DNA of 64,000 bases from Deltaproteobacteria bacterium (GTDB lineage: Bacteria; Myxococcota_A; Polyangia; Fen-1088): assembly GCA_033763315.1 (NCBI GenBank), contig JANRKS010000026.1:64001-128000 (forward strand). Reading direction: 5' to 3'. This document shows positions 47,184-57,131 of the stretch, piece after piece. The first letter of the stretch is position 1; every line of letters begins with the position of its first letter. The notes beneath the pieces were generated by a model. That model worked only from the letters and a program-made list of their open reading frames with translations, made no database searches and had not been told where the DNA came from. Both the position numbers and the translations under genes were made by a program.

Positions 47184-48686
47184 CTAGCCGGTGACGATCG
47201 GAAGCGGATCGCCCGCCGTTGAACCACGCGAATCTTTCGGCACGTGCGCAGAAAACCAGGTGTCGCTAAACGCATCACCGTAGCCCTTGATTCCCCCGCT
47301 TTCGTAGTCGGATGGCGAGAGCCCCATCGACATCAACACATTGGCCAGCCAGCGCCGGTAAGGAAGCCCCAGATATTCGCCAAAACCCGTCTTCGCGGTC
47401 GGTATGAGGCAGCGGTAGTCCACAAACTTGCCCGTCTTGAAATATCCGGAGGCACCTCCAAACGTAACCACCGGTAAGCCTTGGGCGTCGTGTGTGCTTG
47501 GACCGGATTCTTGCGTCCACTGCACCAAGGTGTTGTCCAACACGCTGACGCCGGGGCTGTCCTCAATGGAATCGAGCTTGGCTGCCAGATCCAGGATCGT
47601 GGATTCAAACGTGGCCTGGTGGCTCTTGACGAGCAGCGCCTGTGGGTCCGGCTCCGCCGCACGGTGGGCCACGTCTTGGTGCCAGTTGCCGCCGTAGTCC
47701 AATATGAACGTCGAAATGATACACACCGACGCAAGCCGGCTTGTGTCGCAAGCAAACGCCATGGCGATCACGTCGTTCACCAACGAGAAGAATCGCGGAT
47801 CCGTGCGTCGGTCGTTATCGAATGTGCGAGAGTCCGCCGAGGGGGCTTGCACTGAGCACGAGATCGTCGGTTTCACGGTGAACTTACGTTCAAGCTCGGC
47901 CAGGCGCCCGATGTGGTCGTCCAAACGTTGCTTGTCCTCCTTTGACAGTCGCCGGTTCGACTCTCGCAGCGCTTTGTAGTTCAGCAGCACTCGATCGACG
48001 ATGGGCTTGCGCGCCATCACGGGATCCATGGTGGGCGGCTTGACGTTCATCATAACGCTGTCAAACAAGGCCTTCGAGCTGGTTTCGGTGCGTACCGCTT
48101 GAATGGTGCCGCTGCTGGCCGATGGGTTTGAATAGCCAAACGAAATGCCGCGAAAGTTCTGACCCGTGACCATCGAACGCTGTCTGATGCCGGTCACGTC
48201 CGGGTAGAATTTTTTCGACCACGCCAGCAGCTGATCAACCGTCTGCATGGGCTTGGCCGTGCTGGCATCCACGCGTGCATTCGTATTGCCCAGGTGGCCA
48301 CCTTGGTGGTGACCCAGATAGAAATCGTAGTCGAAGCCACGCAAAACATTCATTTTGCTAAGCAAGCGGTCGGTGAGCACTGTGCTCGAAGCCGTGAGCA
48401 CGGGCGACAAGACGCGTTGGCCGCTGGTGACGGCACCCACGAGATCGCCATAACGGACTTCAAAGCCCGGCAAAATTTCTTGGCGCTGTGGCGCCGCCGT
48501 TTGGGGCGGGCAGAAGTTGTTCTGGGCCACAGCGCCGTGCTCTGAAGTGAACGCCACAAAGCGTTTGGGGCCGCTGCTAGCCGCCAAAGCGCGGCTCGGA
48601 CATAGCGACGGCAACCAGGGAAGCCCTAAAACAAGGCCACCGGCGCCTCGCAAAAACTGACGGCGAACGGTACAACGTGGCTGCAT
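47184..48686 (-). CDS. DUF1552 domain protein with Tat signal (second intact copy)
   Basis: RRQFLRGAGG..LPWLPSL, PKRFV, TVDQLLA, RLSKEDKQRLDDH, AFACDTSR, SVLDNTL and PVVTFGGASGYFKTG. Confidence 0.88.
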   Translation of the reverse strand: MQPRCTVRRQFLRGAGGLVLGLPWLPSLCPSRALAASSGPKRFVAFTSEHGAVAQNNFCPPQTAAPQRQEILPGFEVRYGDLVGAVTSGQRVLSPVLTASSTVLTDRLLSKMNVLRGFDYDFYLGHHQGGHLGNTNARVDASTAKPMQTVDQLLAWSKKFYPDVTGIRQRSMVTGQNFRGISFGYSNPSASSGTIQAVRTETSSKALFDSVMMNVKPPTMDPVMARKPIVDRVLLNYKALRESNRRLSKEDKQRLDDHIGRLAELERKFTVKPTISCSVQAPSADSRTFDNDRRTDPRFFSLVNDVIAMAFACDTSRLASVCIISTFILDYGGNWHQDVAHRAAEPDPQALLVKSHQATFESTILDLAAKLDSIEDSPGVSVLDNTLVQWTQESGPSTHDAQGLPVVTFGGASGYFKTGKFVDYRCLIPTAKTGFGEYLGLPYRRWLANVLMSMGLSPSDYESGGIKGYGDAFSDTWFSAHVPKDSRGSTAGDPLPIVTG

Positions 48687-48770
48687 TCCAGACTCCTTGA
48701 ATCAATCAACTGGAGCCTGAAGCCTATTCGTTAGGCCCCCATATTTTAGGTAAGGTCGGGCCATACTGAC

Positions 48771-48788
48771 GGGGTAAATTGTTACCCC
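48771..48788. promoter_or_regulatory. inverted-repeat operator in a divergent promoter region
   Basis: Perfect GGGGTAA-ATTG-TTACCCC between DUF1552 and the kinase/regulator pair. Confidence 0.5.
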
Positions 48789-48866
48789 CGCCGCACCGTA
48801 TGATGGCTCCTCTGGTATGGCGACCAGCTTTTGACGAACATCCCCTACACTCGGGCCACTGCATCA

Positions 48867-51803
48867 ATGACGTCGGCGACTCGGATTGCGAAATGCGTGG
48901 CGCGGTTTTGCCAGGCGGCGTTGCTTTGGGCGTTTCTGGGACCCGGTGGTGGGCTCGCACGGGCGGAGCCGCCCATTAAGACCCTTGCCCCGGAATCGAT
49001 TCGGCTGTTCCCCCTTGCTGAATCCGTTTACGCCATGGCGGCGGACAACCGCGGTTTCATCTACGCGGGAACGTCGCGCGGTCTGTTCCGATTTGACGGC
49101 GTTGCCTATCGACGTTTGGGCGAACGGACGCTTACAGATCCCATTACAGCGTTAACCGTCGACACGAACGACGGCTTGTGGGTCGGAACGGATACAGGAT
49201 CGGTATTTCGTTATGTCGATGGCACCGCGCAGCTGGCCCATCGTGTAACAGGCGCGGTGACAGATTTGGTATTTACGGACCCACGCACCTTGTGGGTTGT
49301 GGCGAATGCGCTTCTTTGGCGCAACACCAACGATGGCATGGCGGCCATCGCGGGCGACCTGCAGGGACTGTCGATCCGCTCCATCAACCGCATCGACGAC
49401 AATCAGTTGTGGGTCGCCACGAACCATGGTCTACGCGTTTGCACCACCTCACCCAAAATGCGGTGTAAGCCAGTGGGCCCCGACATCGACGCTGAGACCA
49501 CCGTGCCCGCCATGCAAGGACATGTGTTCGTTGATTCCCGCCAAGGCAGTGTGTTGGCCAAAGATGAAACCGCGACGCCCGTCAGCGAAGAAGTCTCTGA
49601 GGGCATTTCTCCGCCCGTCAAAGGTGGCGTGCCGTTGGCAAATGGCACTTGGCTTGCTGACGCCGAGGGATTGGCTTTCGCGGACCGTGAGCACGTCCTT
49701 CGCTATCGATTGCCGACGATCCCCGTGGGTTCTTCGGCGGCCGCCATGATTCAAACCGCAAACGGCGACGTGTGGATCGCGATAGATGGACAAGGTCTCA
49801 TAGCCCTGCGTACCGAACCTGAGGTCTTCGTTGTGGGGCTACCCCTAGAGCAACGGCCAATGGCCGCGTTCTCGGTGTTGCTGGATCAAAAAGGTGACCT
49901 TTGGCAAAACACTGGGCACTCACTTGCACACTGGAACAACAGCACGTGGGATGTGCACACCCCGTCAACAACGTTGAATGCGTATGGACTGCGCGGGTTG
50001 GCGCAGTCGCGCAACGGCGATCTGTGGGTGGCGTCACTGGATGGCGGTGCCCTCGTGTTTCACAACAACACTTTCTCAAGGATCTCATCTGCCCAAGGCC
50101 AGCCACTGCCGCCCACAAACGCCGTATTTCGAGACTCAAACGCGAACATTTGGCTCTCCACAGAACGAGGCAGGCTCAAAACGCCCGAACAGCCAAAGGA
50201 CTTACGGTGGGTAAACGCAACGGCATGCGCGGGTGCTGTCGCTGCGATGGTCGAAATCACGCCCGACGAGTTTTGGATCGCCACCGACCATGGCTTGTGC
50301 CACCGACGCGGTGACAGCGAGCGGGCCTTCACCACGGCCCAAGGCCTGCCCAGCGATCGTCTTTTGTCGCTATTGTTGCAAAACAACGGGGATTTGTGGA
50401 TTGGGACGAAGGATCGTGGGCTTGTTCTGAAACGCCGCGATCGCTTCATAGCCTTCGCGCACGACACAGGACCACCGCTGACAGACATCACGGCAATCGT
50501 CGACGACGACCATCAAGGACTGTGGCTCGCGACATCGACCGGACTTGTGAAAGCGAACAAAGCTGACTTGCTCAGCGCCGCAGAAGGCCACCGCGGCAAG
50601 ATCCGGTTTCTCAAGCTGGGCACGCGGGACGGGATGCGCAGCGAAAATTTCATGGGATGGTTTCCTCCCGCCAGCGCCAAAGCCAAGGACGGGACATTGT
50701 ACTTCCCGTCGCACGCTGGGGTGGTTGCCGTGCCTTCTCCAGAAAAGGTGCAGAGCCCACCTCTGCCGCAGGTTTATCTGGACGACGTGCTGATCAACGG
50801 CAGCCGCCAGCCGATTGCCAACTTGGATCTTCACATTGCGCAAGGAGACACTCTGGAGGTGCGTTATGCGGTTCCCCGGCTGCGACACGCACATCGCGTG
50901 CAGCTACAGCATTTTCTTGAGGGCATCGATCGCGAGTGGCAGGAGGATCACAACCCTGAGATCAAATACTTCGGGCTACCAAGTGGACACTTCCTTCTGC
51001 GCCTGGCCACCACAACCACCGACCGCGATGAACAAAGCGACCTGCGCCTGCAGATCACTGTGCACCCACCATGGTTTCGCACAACGTGGTTCGTGCTTGC
51101 ATGCGCCAGCTTTCTTGCGGGCACGGGCGTTTTGCTTTATCGCGTGCGGCTTTGGACCATCCAGCGCCGCTACGAGGCCATTGCCTCTGAACGAACACGC
51201 ATCGCCCGTGACATGCACGACACGCTCGAGCAAAACCTGGTGGCACTGAAGCTTCGGCTCGAGGCGACGAAAAGGTTCGCCGACGAGAAACCTACGGTGT
51301 TGCAGCATGCGGCCGCAGGCTTGGCATTGGTCGATCAAGCGATGCGAGACGCGCGCAGTTCAATCTGGTCTCTGCGAGACGGCATGCGTGAAAATGTGGA
51401 TCTAAACACGCAGCTTTCCGTGTGTGCGGGCCGCTCGCTCAAAGGCACAGACCTTGCCTTCAATCTCACAAGCGAAGGCGCCCCTTATCGCCTGCGGACC
51501 CAGGCCGAGCAACAATTGGTGCGCATCGTGCAGGAAGGCCTCACCAATGTCATAAAACACGCCAGCGCTCGCAGCGTGCACCTGCGGCTCGCGTTTCGAC
51601 CCGGAGGCCTCCATGTGCACCTGCGCGATGACGGCACCGGTTTACAGGCGGAAACGGCCCCAGGTGCCTCAGAGGGGCATTTCGGGATCCAGGGCATGCG
51701 CGAACGTGTGGAACACTTGGGTGGCAGCTTGCAAATCACGGGCAAAACGGGCGAAGGTACCGAGATTTCATTTTTTATTCCCTCGTCTTGGCGTCGGGTG
51801 TAG
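48867..51803 (+). CDS. beta-propeller/Y_Y_Y sensor histidine kinase, HisKA_3 type (second copy)
   Basis: GFIYAGT..GLFRFDG, repeated LWVAT blades, LEGIDREW..YFGLPSGHF, ERTRIARDMHDTLEQ, EGLTNVIKH, DDGTG and HFGIQGMRER. Start uncertain. Confidence 0.92.
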   Translation: MTSATRIAKCVARFCQAALLWAFLGPGGGLARAEPPIKTLAPESIRLFPLAESVYAMAADNRGFIYAGTSRGLFRFDGVAYRRLGERTLTDPITALTVDTNDGLWVGTDTGSVFRYVDGTAQLAHRVTGAVTDLVFTDPRTLWVVANALLWRNTNDGMAAIAGDLQGLSIRSINRIDDNQLWVATNHGLRVCTTSPKMRCKPVGPDIDAETTVPAMQGHVFVDSRQGSVLAKDETATPVSEEVSEGISPPVKGGVPLANGTWLADAEGLAFADREHVLRYRLPTIPVGSSAAAMIQTANGDVWIAIDGQGLIALRTEPEVFVVGLPLEQRPMAAFSVLLDQKGDLWQNTGHSLAHWNNSTWDVHTPSTTLNAYGLRGLAQSRNGDLWVASLDGGALVFHNNTFSRISSAQGQPLPPTNAVFRDSNANIWLSTERGRLKTPEQPKDLRWVNATACAGAVAAMVEITPDEFWIATDHGLCHRRGDSERAFTTAQGLPSDRLLSLLLQNNGDLWIGTKDRGLVLKRRDRFIAFAHDTGPPLTDITAIVDDDHQGLWLATSTGLVKANKADLLSAAEGHRGKIRFLKLGTRDGMRSENFMGWFPPASAKAKDGTLYFPSHAGVVAVPSPEKVQSPPLPQVYLDDVLINGSRQPIANLDLHIAQGDTLEVRYAVPRLRHAHRVQLQHFLEGIDREWQEDHNPEIKYFGLPSGHFLLRLATTTTDRDEQSDLRLQITVHPPWFRTTWFVLACASFLAGTGVLLYRVRLWTIQRRYEAIASERTRIARDMHDTLEQNLVALKLRLEATKRFADEKPTVLQHAAAGLALVDQAMRDARSSIWSLRDGMRENVDLNTQLSVCAGRSLKGTDLAFNLTSEGAPYRLRTQAEQQLVRIVQEGLTNVIKHASARSVHLRLAFRPGGLHVHLRDDGTGLQAETAPGASEGHFGIQGMRERVEHLGGSLQITGKTGEGTEISFFIPSSWRRV

Positions 51804-51808
51804 CGCAC

Positions 51809-52441
51809 ATGTCCTCTTGCATACGAGTCGTAATCGTTGACGATCATTCAATGCTGCGCGACGGGTTGATTGCGGTCTTGCGAGGCGAACCCGATTTCGA
51901 GATCGTGGGATCGTATGCCACGGGCACCGCAGCGATCGCGGCATTGGATGCGGATCGACCTGACGTCGCTTTGGTGGATCTGCGGCTACCAGAGATGGAT
52001 GGCATGTCGGTGTTGATGGCCATCAAACGCAAATGGCCAACGTGTCGCGTCTTGATGCTTTCCAGCCAGGAAGGCGACGACGCCGTCGCTCGTGCCCTCA
52101 AAGCAGGGGCGGCCGGCTACATCCTCAAACGGCAACCAATTGCGGATCTCATATTGGCCATTCGCACCAGCTTGCACGGCAAAGTGCCGTTGGCACCCGA
52201 ACTGTCAGCGCGTTTGTTTACCCGCCTCGACAGCCAACCGCTCACGTCACGCGAGATCGACATCTTGCGACTGATTGCCAATGGTCTTAGCAACAAACGC
52301 ATTGGTGATGAATTGGGCATCACCCATAACACCGTGAAGAACCACATCGTAAGTCTCATGGAGAAGTTGGGCGCCGCGGATCGCACGCAGGCCGTGACGA
52401 TCGCGTTGCAGCGAGGCATGATCGATATCGATCCGTCATGA
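51809..52441 (+). CDS. NarL/LuxR-family response regulator (second copy)
   Basis: IVDDH, DLRLP, GYILK, LTSREIDIL..SNKRI..TVKNH and DRTQAV. Confidence 0.96.
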   Translation: MSSCIRVVIVDDHSMLRDGLIAVLRGEPDFEIVGSYATGTAAIAALDADRPDVALVDLRLPEMDGMSVLMAIKRKWPTCRVLMLSSQEGDDAVARALKAGAAGYILKRQPIADLILAIRTSLHGKVPLAPELSARLFTRLDSQPLTSREIDILRLIANGLSNKRIGDELGITHNTVKNHIVSLMEKLGAADRTQAVTIALQRGMIDIDPS

Positions 52442-53655
52442 TGAAGGCGTGCACAAAAGTGGCGGCATGGGCGTGGAGCCTCTCGTCCTCGCTCGCATTC
52501 GCTGCGCCGACGCAACCGTCCCCCTCGCAAGCGGCGGACGCGATGGTTGCGTTTCCGTCGGGAGCCGTGTTAGTGGCGTTCGATCCCGCGGGCGCCAATC
52601 AAGTGTGGATGGCGAGCACGCTGGCGGCACCGACTGATACGTGGGCCAGACGCCTCACTGAGCCCACGCTGTATTCGCAAGCCGTGCCTTCGTTCGAGAA
52701 GGCAGACGTGCGTGAGACACGGAGGCGCGGCCTCTTTGTCGATCAGCGGGTCGAGTGGGAATTGGAGATCCCGTTGTGGAATCTTGGCGGCGAATTGTGG
52801 ATCAAACCGTTCGACAACGCCGTGCAGCTGCGTCTGACACGCGATGCGTTCTCACCCGGCAACTTCTTGTGGCGGTGGGCGGGCACAGAAAAGCAAAGCA
52901 CACTAACGCTCGAAGGCACCGCGAACGCCCGCGACGCCAATTGGGGTACCCGTCAATTGGCCAAGCGGAATCCCCTCGCCGAAGCGGCGATGACGGTCGC
53001 TGCGGCCTATACGATGTTTTCGGGCATGATGGCGTTGGCTGTGCCGGACACAGCCACACGCTGGCCGCAGGCAGCGATGGAGCCTGGGGATAACGTCTCT
53101 TATGCCCAGCGCCTTGTGCAAGCCCGTCGCTTGCTCAAAGTACCTGGTCCCTTGGGGATCGTCGTGCGACAACCCAACGGCCGCCTTGACCACGTCGAGA
53201 TTGCCCTTCCCGCGGGCCGCCCGGCCTCCAGCTTAATCGCTCTGTTGGCCGATCCGCTGCGATGGAGAGCGCTGCCCGGTTGGAAGCGCATCAGCGCCAG
53301 CACGCCTGTCGCGGCAAAGGCTCCACAGGCCCGGCCCTACGCGCAACGCTGGATGGTGGATGCCACGTTTCCCTTTTTGGATTTCGACGCGCAATGGGAT
53401 GTATCGGTGGCACATACTGTGAACGCGGTGGCTGTTGAGGGCGACGCCAAGGGGGCGCTATGGTCTTGGCATGTCATTGCGGCCGATCCTCACAACAGCG
53501 TGGCCGTGTTTTCCACCTATCCACGCATCGATCGCCTCGGCTACATGCCGCGCAAGTTCATCGAGAAGGAGCCGCTACTCGAACAGGGCTTGGCGCTTGC
53601 CTTGGCATACGTCAACGCGGCCAGCTTGGTGACCGCGATCGGCGCTGGACCTTAG
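52438..53655 (+). CDS. secreted hypothetical protein, possibly tandem SRPBCC/START-like domains
   Basis: Signal peptide and two similar halves (LTEPTLYSQAVP / LADPLRWRALP; NPLAEAAM / EPLLEQGL). ATGA overlap with the response regulator. Confidence 0.5.
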   Translation: MMKACTKVAAWAWSLSSSLAFAAPTQPSPSQAADAMVAFPSGAVLVAFDPAGANQVWMASTLAAPTDTWARRLTEPTLYSQAVPSFEKADVRETRRRGLFVDQRVEWELEIPLWNLGGELWIKPFDNAVQLRLTRDAFSPGNFLWRWAGTEKQSTLTLEGTANARDANWGTRQLAKRNPLAEAAMTVAAAYTMFSGMMALAVPDTATRWPQAAMEPGDNVSYAQRLVQARRLLKVPGPLGIVVRQPNGRLDHVEIALPAGRPASSLIALLADPLRWRALPGWKRISASTPVAAKAPQARPYAQRWMVDATFPFLDFDAQWDVSVAHTVNAVAVEGDAKGALWSWHVIAADPHNSVAVFSTYPRIDRLGYMPRKFIEKEPLLEQGLALALAYVNAASLVTAIGAGP

Positions 53656-53692
53656 CGCGCTGCCCTCATCTGCTACTCTCGCCGGCTGCGCC

Positions 53693-54520
53693 ATGCCCCC
53701 CACCCGACGCCCCCCGAACGACAAAGACAACGGCCTGCCCGAAGTGAAGGTGTGTGGTGTGCATGCCTGCCGTGCTGTGTTTCGTGCGCGTCCCGACGAT
53801 ATTCTACGCGTCTATGTGCGTGACACCAGCGTCACCGCCTTGGGTGATGTGTTGTCGGCCCTCGCAAAACAGCGCCGCCCTTACAAGGTGATACCAAACG
53901 ACGAGTTGGAGCGGCTGACAGACAGCACGCACCACGAAGGCGTGTGCTTTGTGGTGCGTGCGAAGCCGCCCTTGTCACTTGACGACATTTTGCAAGGCCA
54001 CGAGCCACAATGCGTGCTCGCGCTGACCGACGTGGCCAACCCGCATAATGTGGGCGCGATCTTGCGAACCGCGGCTCACTTTGGCGCGCAAGCCGCGATT
54101 TTGGGCGGGGGAGCGCGCGTGTCTGCAGCCGCGTTAAGAACCGCGCAAGGCGGAGGTGAAGCCGTCAAGGTCGTCAGCACCAACGATTGGGCAGCCGCTT
54201 TGGCCAGCTGCCGGGCCGCTGGTTACACGTTGTGCGCCACTTCAAGCCACGCGCGCAACAATGTGTTCGAGACGCGTTTTCCCAAGAAAATTGTGGTCCT
54301 GGTGGGCAGCGAAGCGCACGGCCTGCCCGACGAAGTGTCGGCGTTGGCGGACCTGCGCGTGACGGTGCCCGGAACGGGCCAAGTGGAAAGCCTCAACGTC
54401 GCGGCGGCCACCGCTGTGGTCTTGGGTGAATGGTGGCGGCAACGGCACCAAAGCGACAAGGCCACTACGGCTGTGAATGCGCCTGCGGCTGGCAAACCCC
54501 CACGCGGCCCGCGCCGCTAG
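53693..54520 (+). CDS. TrmH/SpoU-family RNA 2'-O-methyltransferase
   Basis: HHEGV, NPHNVGAILRTAAHFG, GSEAHGL and VPGTGQVESLNVA. Confidence 0.93.
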   Translation: MPPTRRPPNDKDNGLPEVKVCGVHACRAVFRARPDDILRVYVRDTSVTALGDVLSALAKQRRPYKVIPNDELERLTDSTHHEGVCFVVRAKPPLSLDDILQGHEPQCVLALTDVANPHNVGAILRTAAHFGAQAAILGGGARVSAAALRTAQGGGEAVKVVSTNDWAAALASCRAAGYTLCATSSHARNNVFETRFPKKIVVLVGSEAHGLPDEVSALADLRVTVPGTGQVESLNVAAATAVVLGEWWRQRHQSDKATTAVNAPAAGKPPRGPRR

Positions 54521-55035
54521 TTCGCTTTATAGGGCTGGCCCTGCGGATCCAGCTTCAGCTTGGTCTTCTTCAATTTGCCTCCCAATTCGATCTTGTAGAA
54601 CGTGGGCTGCTGCGCGGTCTTCATGAACACCGCTTTGCATTTTTTTATCTCAGCCTTTGCGTAGCGTGCGTTAACGGCTTTGCGCACAGCCTCTGGCAAT
54701 TCAGCTTCCAAAAGTGTGGTCTGCGTGCGCACCACTTCACCATTCTCGGCGATCTGCACGCTGCGCTTGTGGCCTTCGGCCTTGAACTTAGCCGTGTAAA
54801 GCACCGCGCCGTCCTTCTTCTCTTTCTCGATGTTCTTGGGCAGCGCTTGCCCCAAAACCTTATTCAACGTGGCCAACACCGGCCCGGGCGCCGAGCGCGC
54901 AGCGATGGTTTGGGCCTTCGCGTGCGCAGCGCCAACACTGCCAAGCATGGCCAGAAGCACCACAGCGGCCCCAAGCCCTTGGCGAAACCGCGCCCGCACA
55001 AGAAACGCACACGAACGACCAGTGAAAAGTTCCAT
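54517..55035 (-). CDS. secreted PepSY-like (BLIP-like repeat) protein
   Basis: Signal peptide and repeated IEKE...Y..KF and ELPEAVRKAVNARY...YKIEL..KLDPQG patterns. Confidence 0.6.
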   Translation of the reverse strand: MELFTGRSCAFLVRARFRQGLGAAVVLLAMLGSVGAAHAKAQTIAARSAPGPVLATLNKVLGQALPKNIEKEKKDGAVLYTAKFKAEGHKRSVQIAENGEVVRTQTTLLEAELPEAVRKAVNARYAKAEIKKCKAVFMKTAQQPTFYKIELGGKLKKTKLKLDPQGQPYKAN

Positions 55036-55133
55036 GTCCACCTTTGCTTTGCCTACGCCTAGCCTACCCTGTGCGGCCCCAAGGACCGTAAAAAAGCGCA
55101 AGCCCGTATTGATAAGCTAGGCTGCGCCTGCCG

Positions 55134-56063
55134 ATGTCTTCCGCTGCGAAAGCTCCGTCTCGTTGGGCGATCTTGTTTGCTTTCGCCGCCGTTTATTTTG
55201 TGTGGGGTTCAACGTATTTGGCGATGCGGGTGGGCGTTCGCACCATTCCACCGTTCTTGTTGGGTGCGGCGCGCTTCTTTTTGGCGGGTGCGTTGCTGTG
55301 GGGCTTCGCCGCGGCCCAAGGCCTCACCCGTCACGCCCAGGGTCACTGGCGACGCAGCGCCATTGCCGGGGCCCTGTTGCTGGTGGGCGGCAACGGCGGC
55401 GTGGTGTGGTCGGTGCAATACATTCCCTCGGGGCTTGCTGCATTGGTGGTGGGCGCCGTTCCGTTGTGGATCGTCGCCATTGAATGGGCGCAAGGCGCAC
55501 GCAAGCCGACGCTGAGGGTGAGCTTAGGCTTGGTGGCAGGTTTGGCCGGCATGGCCGTATTGCTACTGCCTGATGTATTGGCATCGTTGCGCCACCGGGG
55601 CGATGAACAGCATCACGCGCTGGGCATCATTGTGGTGCTGCTGGCGTCGCTGTCGTGGTCGTTCGGCTCGCTTTACACGCGCAAGATCCGCATCCCCGAA
55701 GCGCCTTCGCTGGCGCCTGCGATGCAAACGCTTGTGGGCGGCTTTTTGCTGTTGGTGCTATCAGCCATCACTGGCGAATGGCACGGGTTTTCATTCGCTC
55801 GGGTGGGAACCTCGGGCGCGCTGTCCGTCGCTTATTTGGTGGTGTTCGGATCTCTGCTCGCTTACTCGGCCTACATCTGGTTGCTGCAAGTGGTGGCGCC
55901 CGCGCGCGTGTCAACCTATGCGTTTGTGAATCCCGTGGTGGCCGTCCTGCTGGGGTGCTTGATTTTGAACGAGCCGTTAAACCCACGCATGCTTGTTTCC
56001 GCCGCCATCGTGATCGCGGGCGTAGCGCTCATAACCATCGCCCCTCGACCCGCCCAAGCCTAA
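55134..56063 (+). CDS. EamA/DMT-family transporter (YedA-like)
   Basis: VYFVWGSTYLA, PSGLAALV, YLVVFGSLLAYSAY and STYAFVNPVVAVLLG, with 10 predicted TM helices. Confidence 0.92.
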   Translation: MSSAAKAPSRWAILFAFAAVYFVWGSTYLAMRVGVRTIPPFLLGAARFFLAGALLWGFAAAQGLTRHAQGHWRRSAIAGALLLVGGNGGVVWSVQYIPSGLAALVVGAVPLWIVAIEWAQGARKPTLRVSLGLVAGLAGMAVLLLPDVLASLRHRGDEQHHALGIIVVLLASLSWSFGSLYTRKIRIPEAPSLAPAMQTLVGGFLLLVLSAITGEWHGFSFARVGTSGALSVAYLVVFGSLLAYSAYIWLLQVVAPARVSTYAFVNPVVAVLLGCLILNEPLNPRMLVSAAIVIAGVALITIAPRPAQA

Positions 56064-56133
56064 CGTTGTGCCGAGGCGCAACATCGGCAAATTTGACCCA
56101 GGGCCTGGTCGGGCCAAACATGGACCAAAGCCC

Positions 56134-56973
56134 ATGGAAGCATTGTCATCACGTCGTCCGCCTGTGGCTCACGCAGGCGTGGCTGCCGCAACGCAAGCCC
56201 ACGCCGCGTTCGATCTCAAAGGGATCATGAGTTCGACCACCGTCATGCGGCTGCGGTCGCGCGACCTAGGACTCATCGAACGTCAGCTGCGCAACCGCGT
56301 AACGCAGTTTCCGCAATTCTTTGAAAACGCACCGATGGTGCTGGATTTTGCAGGTTTACAGGGCAAATCCGATGGCATCGCCTTGGCCGCTTTGGCGCGC
56401 ATGCTGCGTGCGCGTGGCGTGGTGCCCGTGGGCGTCACCAACTTGGGCGAAGGTTTTCACGAAGAAGCCATCGCCGCGGGGTTAGGCATCATCAAGCCCG
56501 CGGGTCCAGCGGCGCTGCGGCTTGAGCAAGAAGAAGAGGCCGCACGTAAAGTGGGCCCCACACCTGCGGCCCCCGTGAACGATGGCCCCACAATTCCGAA
56601 CGCGGCCATGGTGGCGCCCGAACCCGTGCGCCCGATTTTCGCTCATCGTCCACCGATGGTGGTGCGGCAGCCCGTGCGCAGCGGCCAAGAGGTTTACGCG
56701 CGCGGCACCGATCTGATCGTGCTTGCCGCTGTGAATCCCGGAGCGCAGGTCATCGCTGATGGGCACGTGCACGTGTATGCGCCGTTGCGCGGCCGCGCGA
56801 TCGCGGGCGCGGCCGGCTTTCCCGAGGCACGTATTTTTTGCCAGAAGCTGGAAGCAGAACTCATCTGCATCGCAGGCGCCTATATGTTGGCTGACGATTT
56901 GCCCGCCGATCGCTTGGGCCGCGCCGTGCAAGTGTTCATCGAACACGGCGAGTGCCACATCGTGCCGCTTTAA
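56134..56973 (+). CDS. minC: septum site-determining protein MinC
   Basis: FDLKG..., PQFFENAPMVLD and PVRSGQEVYA..DLIVL..VNPGAQVIADGHVHVYAPLRGRAIAG. Confidence 0.93.
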   Translation: MEALSSRRPPVAHAGVAAATQAHAAFDLKGIMSSTTVMRLRSRDLGLIERQLRNRVTQFPQFFENAPMVLDFAGLQGKSDGIALAALARMLRARGVVPVGVTNLGEGFHEEAIAAGLGIIKPAGPAALRLEQEEEAARKVGPTPAAPVNDGPTIPNAAMVAPEPVRPIFAHRPPMVVRQPVRSGQEVYARGTDLIVLAAVNPGAQVIADGHVHVYAPLRGRAIAGAAGFPEARIFCQKLEAELICIAGAYMLADDLPADRLGRAVQVFIEHGECHIVPL

Positions 56974-57131
56974 CGCCATTTCGACCGCGCCTTGTTTCGC
57001 GGTTCACACGCCCTTGATGTAGGCAAAGCTCCCACGCGATCGCCCGGTTTCTGCAAAAATTTTGCAGACTTCCGTAGATCGATTCTTATGTGAACACGAG
57101 TTCGCGAAAAGCATTAGGGAGGCCAAAAATC

